In this document: one piece after another, positions 43,218-58,145 of the stretch
Numbering within the stretch: position 1 is the stretch's first letter
How the letters are laid out: the number at the start of each line of letters is the position of its first letter
Assembly: GCF_009914755.1 (NCBI RefSeq)
Contig: NC_060926.1
DNA length: 64,000 nt
Strand: one strand, 5' to 3'
Source: the human T2T-CHM13v2.0 reference genome, Homo sapiens
The notes under the pieces: model-generated
Seen by the model: only the letters and a program-made list of their open reading frames with translations
Told to the model about the DNA's origin: nothing
Database searches by the model: none
Position numbers and translations under genes: made by a program

Positions 43218-43579
43218 TGTCTCAGCCCATTTGGACTGCTGTAACAACATACCATAAACTGGGTGGCTTATGCACAACAGACATTTATTTCTCGCAGTTC
43301 TGGAGGCTGGGAAGTCCATGATCAGGGTGCTGCAGATTTTAGTGTCTGGTGAGGGCCCATTTCCCGGTTCATATACAAAATCTCACTGTGTCCTCACATG
43401 ATAGAAGGGGCAGGGCACTCTCTGGGGTCTCTTTTATGAGGACACTGATCTCATTCATAAGAGCTATGCCCTCATGACCTAATTACATCCCAAAGGTCCT
43501 ACCTCCCTAATACCATCACCTTGGGGGTTAGGTTTCAATGTATGAATTTGGGGGGGATACAAACTTTCAGACTGTAGCA
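43218..43579 (-). mobile_element. MLT1A-type solo LTR inserted into a MIR
   Basis: aactgggtggctta...cagttctggaggctgggaagtcc; TG...CA ends. Confidence 0.82.
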
Positions 43580-43763
43580 GATTAATAAAAATAATACAAT
43601 AATAAAATATATAAATATTTTAACAATATTTTATTATTTTATAAATAATAAATATACATTTTATTTATATTTTATTTTATAAAAGTATAAATATATTTTA
43701 ATAATAATAATAATACCTACCTCTTGAGTTGCTGTGAGGAGTAAATGATTTAAAGTATGTGAA

Positions 43764-44500
43764 GGCTGGGTACAGTGGCTCACATTTGGAATCCCAGCAC
43801 TTTGGGAGGCCGAGGCAGGAGGATTGCTTTAGTCCAAGAGTTCGAGACCAGCCTGGGCAACAAAGTGAGATCCGTGTCTCTACAAAAAAATGAAAAAATT
43901 AGCTGGGCATGGTGGCATGTGTCTGGGGTTCTAGCTACAAGGGAGGCCGAGGCAGGAGGATCACCGGATTCCAGGAGGTTGAGGCTGCAGTGAGCCACTG
44001 CACTCCAGCCTGGACAACAGAGTGAGACCCTGTCTCAAAAAAAAGAGTATATGAAGTCCATTGACCTGTACCTCCTGATGAGATATACTGAGAGGAACAC
44101 AGCAGCCCTTCTGTGAGATCGTTGACAAAAAATACATAGGTCTAATCATGGGGAAACATCAGACAAAGCTGAATTAAGGGACATTCTACAAAATAACTAG
44201 CCTATCCTTCCCAAGAAGGTTGGCATCACCAAGGGTAAGCAAAGATTCATGAAGAGCCCAGCTTCAAGGAGACATGAGAGAAATGACAAATAAAGGCAAC
44301 ACGTGATCCAGGGTTGCTTTTACCAGTTGTGGTGGGACCATCAGCTAAATCTGATTAAGGTCTTGAGATTAGGTAATAACACTATAAGCCTATTAGTTTT
44401 TTAAAATTTTAACAATTACAGTACTGTGGTTATGTAAGAGAATGTCTTTTTTTAAAAAAAGAAATGCTCGCTGAAGTATTTAGGAGTAAAAAACAATTTT
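43764..44500 (+). mobile_element. AluJ (43764-44045) followed by L1MC-like 3' fragment
   Basis: Alu consensus; gggacattctacaaaataact L1MC signature. Confidence 0.7.
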
Positions 44501-45616
44501 TTAAAAGTATGAAAAGTTCTTAGAATGATCCTTGGCACATAGCACCCATGGGTGTTAGCTATTATTTTCTAGCTGAATTTTTGCAGGGCCAAATTCCATT
44601 TAGTATCCAGCAGTGCTATTGTGACCTTTATTAACAATGCTGCAGGAAACTGGCTAATCTAACTGCTTTTTCTTTTCCTGTTTCCCAGCGTTTGGTTTCT
44701 GATCTTATGCAGTCCCGGAAAATATGTACCCCATAAACATACACATCCACTAAGTATGCACAATGTTTTTTAATTGAAAAAGTAAAAAAAAAAAAAAAAG
44801 AAAGAAAACATAAAAGAAAATATAGAAAAGCTACAAGGACTTTCCTTTTCTCACACTTAACACCTCTCTGTTCCTCTTGGTTCCTTCTGCCCTCCCTACC
44901 TTTCTCCGTTCCCCTTTTATGGGTCTTAGTTTATTGGTGGAAGCTGAGCCCACCTGTGGCTCCCGGGGCAGGACTGGGTGGATCAGGCTCCTCTGCCTCA
45001 GCAGGGAAACCTGCCTGCTGCTGAGCATGGAGAGGGCTGCTCAGCAGAGAGGAGTGGGGCATTTGCAGAGAAGTGGATCTCCCAAAGAAGGCTTTTAAAT
45101 AGTTCTCTATGGTCTCCTGTCCCGCGTGGGATTGGATAATCAGGTGACACATGGGGGAGGGGTGGTGTCACATAAAAATGCCTACCTAAGCCGTGTGCTG
45201 CTTCCCAATTTATTTTGTGACTAACTCCCTAGGGACCAGGATGGCCAGAGAAGGGCAAGAGAACTTCGGATTAGTTAGTTAGGGCTGGTTTTCTCAAAAC
45301 CCTTGTCATGCATGGATGGCTAAATCTTGAACCCAGTCCTCAGTGACTTTTACCTTGGGATGAGAGGACCAAATTATTGTGTTTGTTGGTGACTGGACAG
45401 CTCCTAATAAAACATAGTCATCTGGATTCATTGTAAGGAAGGCCAGCATTGATATGGACGTGTAACTAGCCTGGAGTCCCACACACTTGAGCCACAGTGG
45501 GGCCTTCAGGATACTTGCGGTAAAACAAAAATCATAATCAAATGCAGTTCATGGAGTTTTAAACCTCCATGGAAAGAGGTCTGCCAATGGGAAGGATGAA
45601 AAAAATGGTTTGATCC

Positions 45617-45988
<372 letters not shown>

Positions 45989-47930
45989 TCATAGAGGTTA
46001 TACTGGCTGCAAAAATAGGAGGGTGTGCTTCTTGGGTATCAGGACTGTCAGAATGATTTGAGGCAGTATCTTCTGGAGGGTGAACTGGTAGCACTGGTGA
46101 TTTTAGACCCACACTGACTAGCAGTAACTAACACTAGGTCTCCTTCAGGCATTTTAAAAGAGTATTGAGCTCCTACAAGGTGCCAGACACCAGGTATCTA
46201 GGTGCTGACACATCAGTAATAAACACGTGCATGTGCAATTCTTTTTCAGTTCATTGAATACTCAAGGAGAAAGTCCGGGTGGAGTGTTTAACACCTCTAA
46301 TTTATTAAGGGAGAGAGCAGTCTTCAGATTCGGAATCATCCACAAGTAGCCCTACCTAGTTGGAATTTAATAACCATATATTGTTTTTAGGTACTTATTT
46401 GTGGTTTCTCTTATTAATTTATTTAACAATAGTTATTGAGGGCCAGGTGAGTCCTGGGTGACGGAGAAGACTGTATTGGACAAGCTGACAGGAGTTCCTG
46501 TTCTCATGGAGTATGCATTCTAAGGGAGAGTGAAACAGGCAATATTTCAGGTGCTAAGCATTATAAAATAAAACAAAGTAGGGTGAGGGGAGTGAGAAGG
46601 AGGTTTCTTTGCTCTTTTACATATTTACAAGTGGTAGACTTGCTTTCCATTTACATAAATGATATGACACTTCTTATCAAAACAAAATTTAAGTTAAACC
46701 TGATTTCATTTAAAGAAAGTGATAAGTAAGTAATTGTTCAGCAAGATGGTAGGCAAATAACTGACATGTGGCAAGCATTGCTTTAACGCAATTGTTCCCT
46801 GCCTTGGCTACACATTAGAACACCTGGGAGCTTTTGAAAAAAATCCAGATGGTCAGGCCAAACTCCAGACAAATTGCATCAGAAGAATTAGCCAAGAAAT
46901 CCTCATCCCCTGGCCTCACAGTGTGTTTATTTTCTGGAGAAACTGAACCAGAGAGGGTCCAGATTCAGGTATCAGGCAGGGCAGAAGGTGGAGCTGAGGA
47001 TCCAGAGGTCTGTGGGGTTGGGTGACATCTGTATACTAAGTGGTGGGACACCGCCAATAAACTTTCACCTCTCCTGTTCCCAGGAGGGCAGCCTGGCTTA
47101 TTTTCCCAAAAAGGAGACTAGAAGATTCTTCCCTGGAGAAACTGAATAAGTTCAAAAAGGCTGAATTGAAAATAATGATGTTTGGGGGTACCCAGTGACA
47201 AAGTAGGCTTTCCACCCAATAAAAACCAGTAAAATATAAGCATTGGTATACCCTTCCCTGCCCAAGAACACAGAGCTTCTAATTAGCTATAGGATGGAGG
47301 TCTAAATCTATGCCTGCTAAGCTAATTGGGTTTTTAAAAGTTGGTTACGGCGATGGAATTGGAGGGATGGCCCATGCTTAGAGTGTGGGCACTGACCGAT
47401 CCCATCCTGAGCGAAGTAGGTTACATAGAGGTGCCAGCCGGCTGGAGTTGCCTCTCCACTGGCCCGCCATTGGTGTGTGCTCACTAAGAAGAGCAACTGA
47501 CCATGCTTACAACGAGCCTGGCTTGATTCTCACATCTTTATGAATTATTTTATTCAATTGTCACAATACCTCCATGAAGGAGAGGCTATTATTTTCTCAT
47601 TTATAGGTGAGGAAACAGGGGCACAGACGGGTTAAGGAATTTGCCCCAGTTCATGAAGCTAGTAAGTGGCTGAGCTGGATTTGAATCAGGCAGTCCAGCT
47701 CTACAGTCCCTGCGTCAACCATGATACATGCTGCCTTTAGTTGAGTACACATTTTAAGTGGGGGAAAAATCTCAAGAGACATGTCCCTGGTTCCTGCAGG
47801 CTACAGTTGGTTTGAGGAACAGGTGTCCCTGTCTCCCTAACCAGGTGCTTAAAGGCTTCCTTGACCTGACCCAGCTCACGTTTCAAGTGTCCTCCTCTGC
47901 TACAACTGTATTGTCACTGTTCCAGGCTGA

Positions 47931-48890
<960 letters not shown>

Positions 48891-50749
48891 TGAGCTGCTT
48901 TTACAGGATCCCAGGCCTATCCTGTCAGGGCATTCTTTTTTTCTGACTATAGAAATTGGCTTGGGAATAGACCTATGACCCAAACCAAGCCAATTGTACC
49001 TCAAATCTCAGCTCTTTGACTGTAGCTGTTGGGAAAGAGGCATTGTCTGCTGGGCTTGCCAATCTGATAGAAACTAAGCCTCGAACTGCTGGGGGAAACT
49101 TTTATTGCCTTATGGAAGCACAGCCCTATCTAAAATTAAAGTCAGTGAAAACAGAACAGAGCCAAAAATTGGAGAGACGAAGAAATCATGGCCTCATTTA
49201 AGCTGCTGGGTCCAGCCTTGCTTTCCAGAATCTCTGTCTGTGTTTTTCCGTTACTTGAACCGATATGTGCTCTTCAGCCAGTGTGAGTTGCAGTTCATCC
49301 TATGCAAGTGCAGGAATCCTGATGCACACGTGGCCCGTGCGCCTTGTATTAGGATGATTCATGGTTCTGAGTTCTAGGGGGAAAGGATACACATGTGATT
49401 CTCTGTGCAGCACCGGGCATAGAGTAGGTATCCCGTCATACATGTGGACTTATTGGGCCACTCACACTCACTGCTGTTGGGTGTGTCTGAGGATCCCATG
49501 GTGTTCCTAGGGGCCTTGGAGAGCATTCTCTGGTTTGCTGATCTTGTTCTCTACTTCCTTCTCTGGAAATCAAACTTTCCCTAGTTGCCGACAGCAAAAC
49601 CAAGTTGCTGTGGGAAAACATCTTTTTACTTGTTCAGTCCAGAACCACCGCTCCTCTGATCCCTTTTCCTTGGAAACTCCGTCTTGGCAATGAGAAGGGT
49701 GTGTTCTTCTCTTGAAGTTTCTCTCAGGGCATTTGAGATTATTGGTAGATAATCTCTATGTTTTGTTTAAATTTGACAGGAAACCCAAAGGTTTGTGAGA
49801 GGATGGGATTTGGAGGGAGCCATTTCCTCATCAGGAAAGGAGAAAAAGGAGAAGTCTTAACATAAAGGACTGAAGTTCAGAACCTCAGGACTGTCTGTAC
49901 ACAAGGACAGTCCACAGCAACATTGTAAAGTAAGTTAAGTGTCTTTGGAGCCCGGTCAATTCCCAAAACAGTGGCCCATCTTTTCCCTCCTGAAGTTCCT
50001 CTCCAGGTGGTTTCTTGCCCATCAAGCCTCTGAGGTCAGTTGGTCCCCTACTCCTGTCCAGCTGGCTCTCCCACACTCTTTACCTTAGATGACTGAAAAT
50101 TACATTCCTCATTCTCCATTCAATTTGCCCATCTCCCGAGTCCCCAGTGTCTTAGTGGTAACATTACTGTTGGTCACCCAGCTAGAACAGATGGGCATTT
50201 CAGAAGTAAGGGTCAGATAATGTCACACCCCTCTGGCCCACACTGTTGAATCAAGCCCTCCCATTTGAAGCACTCTTTACCCCCACTTCACCCCCGTCCC
50301 CCAGCCTCAGCTCCCATCAGTTAGGCCTCGGGCCTCTGCACATCCTGGGCTCCAGCCCTGGGCTCTTCATACGTTGGGAAAATAATAGTTAAGGACAATA
50401 TTCTCAATCCCCTGTGATCTGTCCCAAACTGTCTTCTAGTCTATTTGAGGACAGCAGGACTGATGCCCAGCTGGTATTTCCATTACGGCCATACAGGGTA
50501 TGAAAATGTTGACACATTACTATCATGACTGGTCAGTAGGTAAATAGCTGCTTCCTGGTTCCTTGCTACACCTTACCTGCCTCCTGCCAAGGCTGGGTTC
50601 ATTCTGATTGGTGGGTGATCTTGCCTTACCAGATATGAAATATTTTGAATATCGCTCCTGGGATACCTAAAATTGCTGTACAAAATAGCTATAATTCCAT
50701 GTTGTACATTTATATTTTATTATCTTTTCAAACATTTTTTTTTTGAAGA

Positions 50750-51213
<464 letters not shown>

Positions 51214-52419
51214 TCATTTGTTGCAAATATATAGTTTTTGAGTGTCTGCTATGTGTAAGCCTTCCAGGGTCTACTTGCTGGGCCTAACGAAATGCAGGAG
51301 AGAGCTATGCATCCCCACAGGGATGTACTGTACCCCACATGGACGCACTACACCCCACAAAAGCCCAGATGCTTGCATGTCCCCAGTCTCTCATTTCGTG
51401 TGGCACAGAGAAACAGGAACAGAGAAGGCAAAAGGTGAATACCATGATGGAGAGGCCACTGGACAGATTTCTTGGAGTCTGGTGGATGACTGAGGCTACG
51501 GGAGCTGGACAGCTGCATGGCAGTGTCTGCCGGGTGACGTTGCAGGGAAGAGGCTGCACAACTTGGGAAGAGCCTCCTAACATCCATGGAATTTGGGAAC
51601 AAAAATCTCAAGTTTCTGACCATGGATAATATCTTTGCAGTGAAGGCTCTCTCCTGCCCCGAATTTTTTATTTTCCTTAAAATGCACATGTTATCCTTAG
51701 ATGATTCCTACGCCACTGACTCAGTTTGGAATGGCATAAAATAAAGCTAGTAGATGGAAAGAATTCTTAAAAAGCCAAAGGGAAAAAACATGCTGATGTG
51801 CTCAGTTTTTCTCCTTGTCATTAACCCTTTGAGAGCTGGTTTATTCCTCTGCGGGTCCCCAGGCCCCATCTCAGTGGCCCTTAGAGTGCAGCCTCTCCTC
51901 GTTGAGTGCAGACCCAGGTAAATGTACACAGCGTAAAGATTCCTGCTCTAGGGGTTAGCAGGTTTTGGCTTTCAACTTGCCTTACTACTGGGATGACGAA
52001 ATTGGCCTTTCCTCTGCTCTTGCTGTGAACATGCATCTGCGTCATTCATTTCAACACACAGGGTGGTGGAAGCAAATAGCACTCTTCTTGTTTCTGAACT
52101 GCATCTGGGGGTGGGGGGCGGTGGCAGTGGGGAGATCGGCTGCAATAGAAGCTGGGCATATAGAGACCATCTCTGTTTTTAAGACATGTACAGCCTGTTA
52201 GTCAAGCAGGACCAGAGTTTCCAGCAACTCTTTCTCTTCCTCTGCACACTGACTCTCCCCAGTGGGGGCCCACCTGTGTCCATTCTCATGGGCCTGGATT
52301 GCAAACTAATTCCAGGCTAGTGTTCAAATTGTTAAGGGACCACCCATTGGGGGGTGCTGGCATTCTAAAAGTTAATTTGCCAGTATCCAAGGGTTGAAAG
52401 AAATGTTGGAGATTAACTA

Positions 52420-52650
52420 AACCAGTAGTCACCAAATTGGGCCAAATCCAGCTTGATACCCATTTGGGGGAAATACAGTTTTAGTAGAATACAGTTTTAG
52501 TAAATACAGTGGAAGACAATACACTTATGTATTGCCTAGGGCTGCTTTTGTGCTATAATGGCACGAAGTAGTTGCAATAGAGACCACATGGTGTGCAAAG
52601 CTGAAAATAGTTATTATTTTCTCCTTTTCAGACAAAGTTTGCCAACACCT
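52420..52650. mobile_element. MER58A-like hAT element
   Basis: gggccaaatccagc...ggctgctttt...aaagtttgccaac. Confidence 0.65.
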
Positions 52651-52853
52651 CATCCAATCTAATCCTGTTTACCTCCCCATACAAGTGACTGTTCAATTAT
52701 GGAACACCTATGATAGCTCATTTCCTAATACTCACCAGCTTTTTAATTCTAGAAGATTCCTTCTCATGTTAAGCTGTATTTGCTTTCTTTTTTTTCCCTA
52801 CTACTTTATTGGAAAACTAGAGTCAGATAATCCCAAAGAGCTAGCCGGCTAGT

Positions 52854-52879
52854 CTTTCTTTCTTTTCTTTCTTTCTTTC

Positions 52880-52923
<44 letters not shown>

Positions 52924-52985
52924 TTTCTTTCTTTCTTTCCTTCCTTCCTTCCTTCCTTCTTTCCTTCCTTCCTTCCTTCCTTCCT

Positions 52986-53053
<68 letters not shown>

Positions 53054-53103
53054 TCCTTCCTTCTTTCTTTCTCTCTCTCTCTCCTCTCTCTCTCTTTTTT
53101 TTT
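52854..53103. repeat. (TTTC)n/(TTCC)n/(TC)n polypyrimidine tract, expanded tail of AluJ (53104-53410, -)
   Basis: Direct reading. Confidence 0.95.
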
Positions 53104-53837
53104 GAGACGGGGTCTCACTCTGTTACCCAGGCTGGAGTATCGTGATGCGATCATGTCTCACTGCAGCCTGGACCTCCTCCTAGCTCAAGTCATCTTCCCA
53201 CCTCAGCCTCCCGAGTAGCTGGGACCACAGACTCGTGCCACCATGTCTGGCTAATTTTTGTATTTTGTTGTATTTTTTTTTTTTTTTTTTTGAAGAGACG
53301 GGGTTTTACCTGTTGCCCAGGATGGTCTCAGACTCCTGGATTCAAGCGATCTGCCTGCCTCTGCTTCCCAAAACACTGGGATTACAGGCATGAGCCACTA
53401 TGCCTGGCCCAAAGATTAGTTATTTCATTTTCTTCTCACCAATGATCTCTTCCACCAATCTGTGAAGATGTTTGTAATTCCACCATTAGATCATTGGCAA
53501 GAAGGAAATGAAATAACAACCTTTCAGACCACCTGACATAGGTAGTTGCCTCTTTTCTTCACACTTCAAAGTTTACCCTTGTGCTGAAAATTTGGAGATT
53601 CAACTTTGTTCTAAGCAGAGCCAAATCAACCTTTGAAAGTGGGATTAACCACACACCAGCATTCTCTTTTTAGCCCTTTGAAAGTGGTCAGCTTATAATA
53701 TTATCATGATTCACACACACACGGAGTATGGATTTCAGATCTTTCTCCCAGAAAAGGAAAAATACTCAAATAGAAATAATTATGCAAGGGAAGAAAACAG
53801 TCTGAGATTTTGTAATTTCAGGGTTTCAGTTAGATAC

Positions 53838-54658
53838 TATTCCCTTTCCTAGTGCTATGTGACAAATCACACCAAAACTTAGCAGCTTAAAATAACCATT
53901 TAATTTTGGGCAGTCCCGGTGGCTCATGCCTGTAATTTCAGCAGTTTGAGAGGCCAAGGCAGGAGGATCTGTTGAACCCAGGAGATTGGGACCAGTCTGG
54001 GCAACATAGTGAGACTTCGTCTTTACGAAAACAAAAACACAGTAAGCCAGATGTGACGGTGTGCACCTGTAGTCCCAGCTACACAGGAGGCTGAGCTGCA
54101 GGGATCACTTGAGCCTGGATGTCCAGGCTGTAGTGAGCTGTGAATGAGCCACTGCACTCCAGCCTGGGTGATAGAGTGAAACCCTGCATCAGAAAACAAA
54201 ACAAACAAACATTTAATTTTGCTAACAATTTAGTGGATCAGGAACTTGGGAAGGGCTCAGTTGGGCCATTCTGATTCAAGGCTTCTCATGTGGACAGTCA
54301 GATGTCAGCTGGGCTCGACCTGCAAGATGGCGCACTCTGATGGCTGGCAGCAGATGCTTTTTGTCAGCTGGGTGCTCAGCTGTGATGTTGGCTGGAGCGC
54401 CTACACATGGCCTCTCCAGCATGGCAGCCTCAGTGTCATTGGACTACTTACATGGCAACTCAGGGCTCCAAGTGCGAGTGGTCCGGAGCATGGCAGATGC
54501 ATTCCTGATTGATTGAGGCAGTCACTAGCCCGTCAGATGCAAGGGGAAGGGGACTAGAATCCCATCTTTCAATGTTAGGAATGGCAAAGTCACACTGGAG
54601 AAGAGCAGGTGGGATGGAGATATTGTCGTGACCATCTTTGGAAAATGGGATTTATCAC
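53838..54658 (-). mobile_element. MLT1(F/G-like) LTR interrupted by AluJ (53908-54208, +)
   Basis: aaaacttagcagcttaaaa...gggaagggctcag; Alu TSD catttaattttg. Confidence 0.7.
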
Positions 54659-55406
54659 AGGTACTGTCCTGAAATTGTATTTTCTATTTCTTCAGGAACC
54701 ATGGCACACCCAACATATGACCCAACTGAGAGGAACTTTCAAATAAGTTTTCTCCACTTTCTATTCTTTAGTCCTTCTCTTCTCAATTGCTTCCCACCCT
54801 CCATCCATAACAATGGTACAAATGAACTATCCTCATACTCTGGATTGCCTATAATATTAGTTCTAGACATCAATGGCAGTGTCATTCAGTCACACTCTAC
54901 TTTGATACTAAATTTATGACTTTGCACAATCATTTTATCTATTGCAAGTTGCTCAACAGTTTTGTTTTCCTGATGTTTATGTCAGGATAGGTGGACAATA
55001 GAGGGTAATTGATCATTTTCTGGAAGGGGTTTTGGAAAACTTCCAGAGAGTGAGAGGACCCATTCCCCACCTGCCCCAAGAAAGCCACCTGACTCTGGTA
55101 CTCTACATAGCATACCTTATGCAGTCTTGCCCCTGAAACATTGCCATAAGTCACACATCTGCCCTTCTTCCCTCTCTCCCTTTTCCTTAGGCCTCACAGC
55201 TATCCTACTGGTTCTTAGAATTTTTGAATAGTAGTTTTGGAGAAAAATTTTTATGCAAAATATATAAACACATGAATCACATTTAAATATTTCCTGTACC
55301 AGCAATTCTAGTGCTTGCCAAGTTATTTAGGAGAAACAGGTAAGAACCTGTGGGGAAAAAATGGATTAATTCCTGATAAGTATTTTACGCATCATTTGTA
55401 TATGAC

Positions 55407-55810
55407 TGCCTTAGTCTGTTTTCTGCTGCTATAACAGAATCCCACAGACTGGGTAGTTTATAAAGAAAAGAGATTCAGTTGGCTCATGATTCTTGAGGCT
55501 GGCTGGGAAGTCCAAGGCTGTGATACTCAGCCATCTGGTAAGAGCCTTCTTGTTGCATCTTCCCATGGAGGAAAGTGGAAAGTTACGTAAGTGCTCAAGA
55601 CAGAGAAAGAGAGGACCAAACTTATCCTTTGTGTCAGGAGCCCACTTCCATGTTAACTAACCCACTCCTGAGATAAAGACATGAATCCGTTCATGACAGC
55701 AGACCCTCACTCATGACCTAATCACCTCTTAAGGACCTTATGTCTTAATACCATCACAATGACAATTAAATTCCAACATGAGTTTTGAAGCAAACATTCA
55801 AACCATGGCA
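55407..55810 (-). mobile_element. MaLR MST-type solo LTR
   Basis: TG...CA ends, perfect 5-bp TSD atgac. Confidence 0.85.
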
Positions 55811-55896
55811 ATGACTAAGCTGTTTTGTAACTTGATATAATTCAGGTCTGTATAAAAATTAAAGGGAGAGGCTCCCCGCAAAAAATAAAGTTTGCA

Positions 55897-56310
<414 letters not shown>

Positions 56311-56985
56311 TAAATGCCCTCATTTTTGGAAACTAACTGTATATTAGTATATATGCTTGCTATGTTGTCAGCTACTCACCTCTACTTGATTCTCATCCAG
56401 CAGCGCATCTTCCCTTAAAGCCATGTGCTAGTACTTGCTGGTGTTCAGACAAACTAGGCAGCAGGTAGAAGATACAGTTTGGGAGTCTGTCGTGCCCAAT
56501 ATCTAATTTTTCCATCCTGGAGTTGACAGCCATTTTCTCATGCTATAAATGCACCCAAACTTTATTTGCATGAAAATCACTCCAGGTGTTTGTTCAATCA
56601 CAGATTCCTGAGCCCCATCTCTGAAGATTCTAATTTAGTAGTCTGAGGTGTGTCCAAGGGATCATTTACCATAAATGATTCTGCTGATCCAAGCTCTCCC
56701 AACTTACTGCCTCACTGACTCTCATGTACTCCTTCTCCTCTTATCCCAAGCTTCTATTTTCTGCTAGGTTATGCCCTAGTTGTATTAAACCATCAGAGAA
56801 TGAGAGAGAGAGAGATAAAAAGAGAGAGAGAGGAAAAGAAAGAGAGAGAGAAACCAAGATCTGAGGGGTGAAGACATAAACATTCTTCTCTATGGCCTTC
56901 ATTTAGTTGAGCATAAACCTGATTTCTTAGCCTGAAGGGCATCTGGCCAGGGCTGGAATTGGACCAAAATAAGCAGTTTATCAAA

Positions 56986-57401
56986 TGATATGGTTTGGAT
57001 ATTTGTCTCCTCCAAATCTCATGTTGAAATGTAATCCCCAGTGTTCGTTGGAGCTAGAGCCTGGTAGGAGGTATTGGATCATGGGGGCAGAGGCTTCATA
57101 AATGGCGTAGCATCATCCTCTTGGTGACAGGTGGGTTCTCACTCTGAGTTTTTGTGAGATCTAGTTGTTTAAAAGTGTGTGGCACCTCCCCACGCTTGCC
57201 TCCTCTCTCACCACGTGACATGTTGTCTCCCCATCACCCTCTACCATGATTGGAAGCTCCCTGAGGCTCTCGTCAGAAGTGGATGCTGACACTATGCCTC
57301 CTGTACAGCTGAAAGAACCATGAGCCAATTAAACCTCTCTTCTTTATAAATTATCCAGCCTCAGGTATTTCTTTATAGCAATATAAGAACAGCCTAATAC
57401 G
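56986..57401 (+). mobile_element. MaLR MSTB-like solo LTR
   Basis: tgatatggtttggat...ccaattaaacctct; perfect 5-bp TSD tcaaa. Confidence 0.88.
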
Positions 57402-57616
57402 TCAAATGAGCCTTTCTCTTCATTCTCCCTCCAGCCTCTTGCTGAACAGGCTTGGAGGTATCTGTGAAATGACCTGGCAGTGAAAACAGCCATTTCAGGG
57501 GCACATCCAAAAGGTGGGAGGAGGTAGAGCTCTCTTCCCCCAAGCTTGGGAGGTGAGAAGTTTTTTTCTACTCTTCTGAATTCAAGGGGGAATTAGGGTC
57601 ATCCTAACAAAAATCT

Positions 57617-57790
57617 CAGTGGTCTCCAGAGCTGTGCTATTCAGACTTCAATGTGTCTATAAATCATCTGGATCTTGTTAAAATGCAGAACATGACTCTG
57701 CAAGTCTGGGGTGGGGCTGGAGATTCTGATGTTCTCATAAGCCCCCAGGTGATTCCCACGCTTCTGTTCTTGGACCACACTTTGAAGCCG
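57617..57790. mobile_element. MER5A-like hAT element
   Basis: cttgttaaaatgcaga...gtctggggtgggg...ggaccacactttga. Confidence 0.7.
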
Positions 57791-58145
57791 GAATAAATGC
57801 CAGAGTCTCATTGGAAGAAAGCACCATGATCACTTCAGGAAGCCATGTCACCAATGGACTGTTTATGGGGTGGAGTGGGTAATTAAATAAGTTATGGAAC
57901 TGAGGTATCTCAAGAAATAAGGCAGGTGAGGGTTGTCAGAGGGCCCAAGATAAGGAGAACAGGCAAAGAGAAGCAGGATGAAATGAAGGAAATAGTCTGG
58001 GATAGGAGAGGGCTAGCTTGTAAAGATGGCTTTTTACCAGCTCCATTTGAAGGGCTCATGATGGAATGCAGGCACCACTCTCCTGTGGACCCTTCTCCTA
58101 GGGGTGGAGATGAAAGATTTAGCAAATAAAAAATACAGTGCCCAG

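Noticed and set aside
52849-53154. 101-aa K/E/R-rich ORF
   Set aside because: Translation of the (GAAA)n microsatellite
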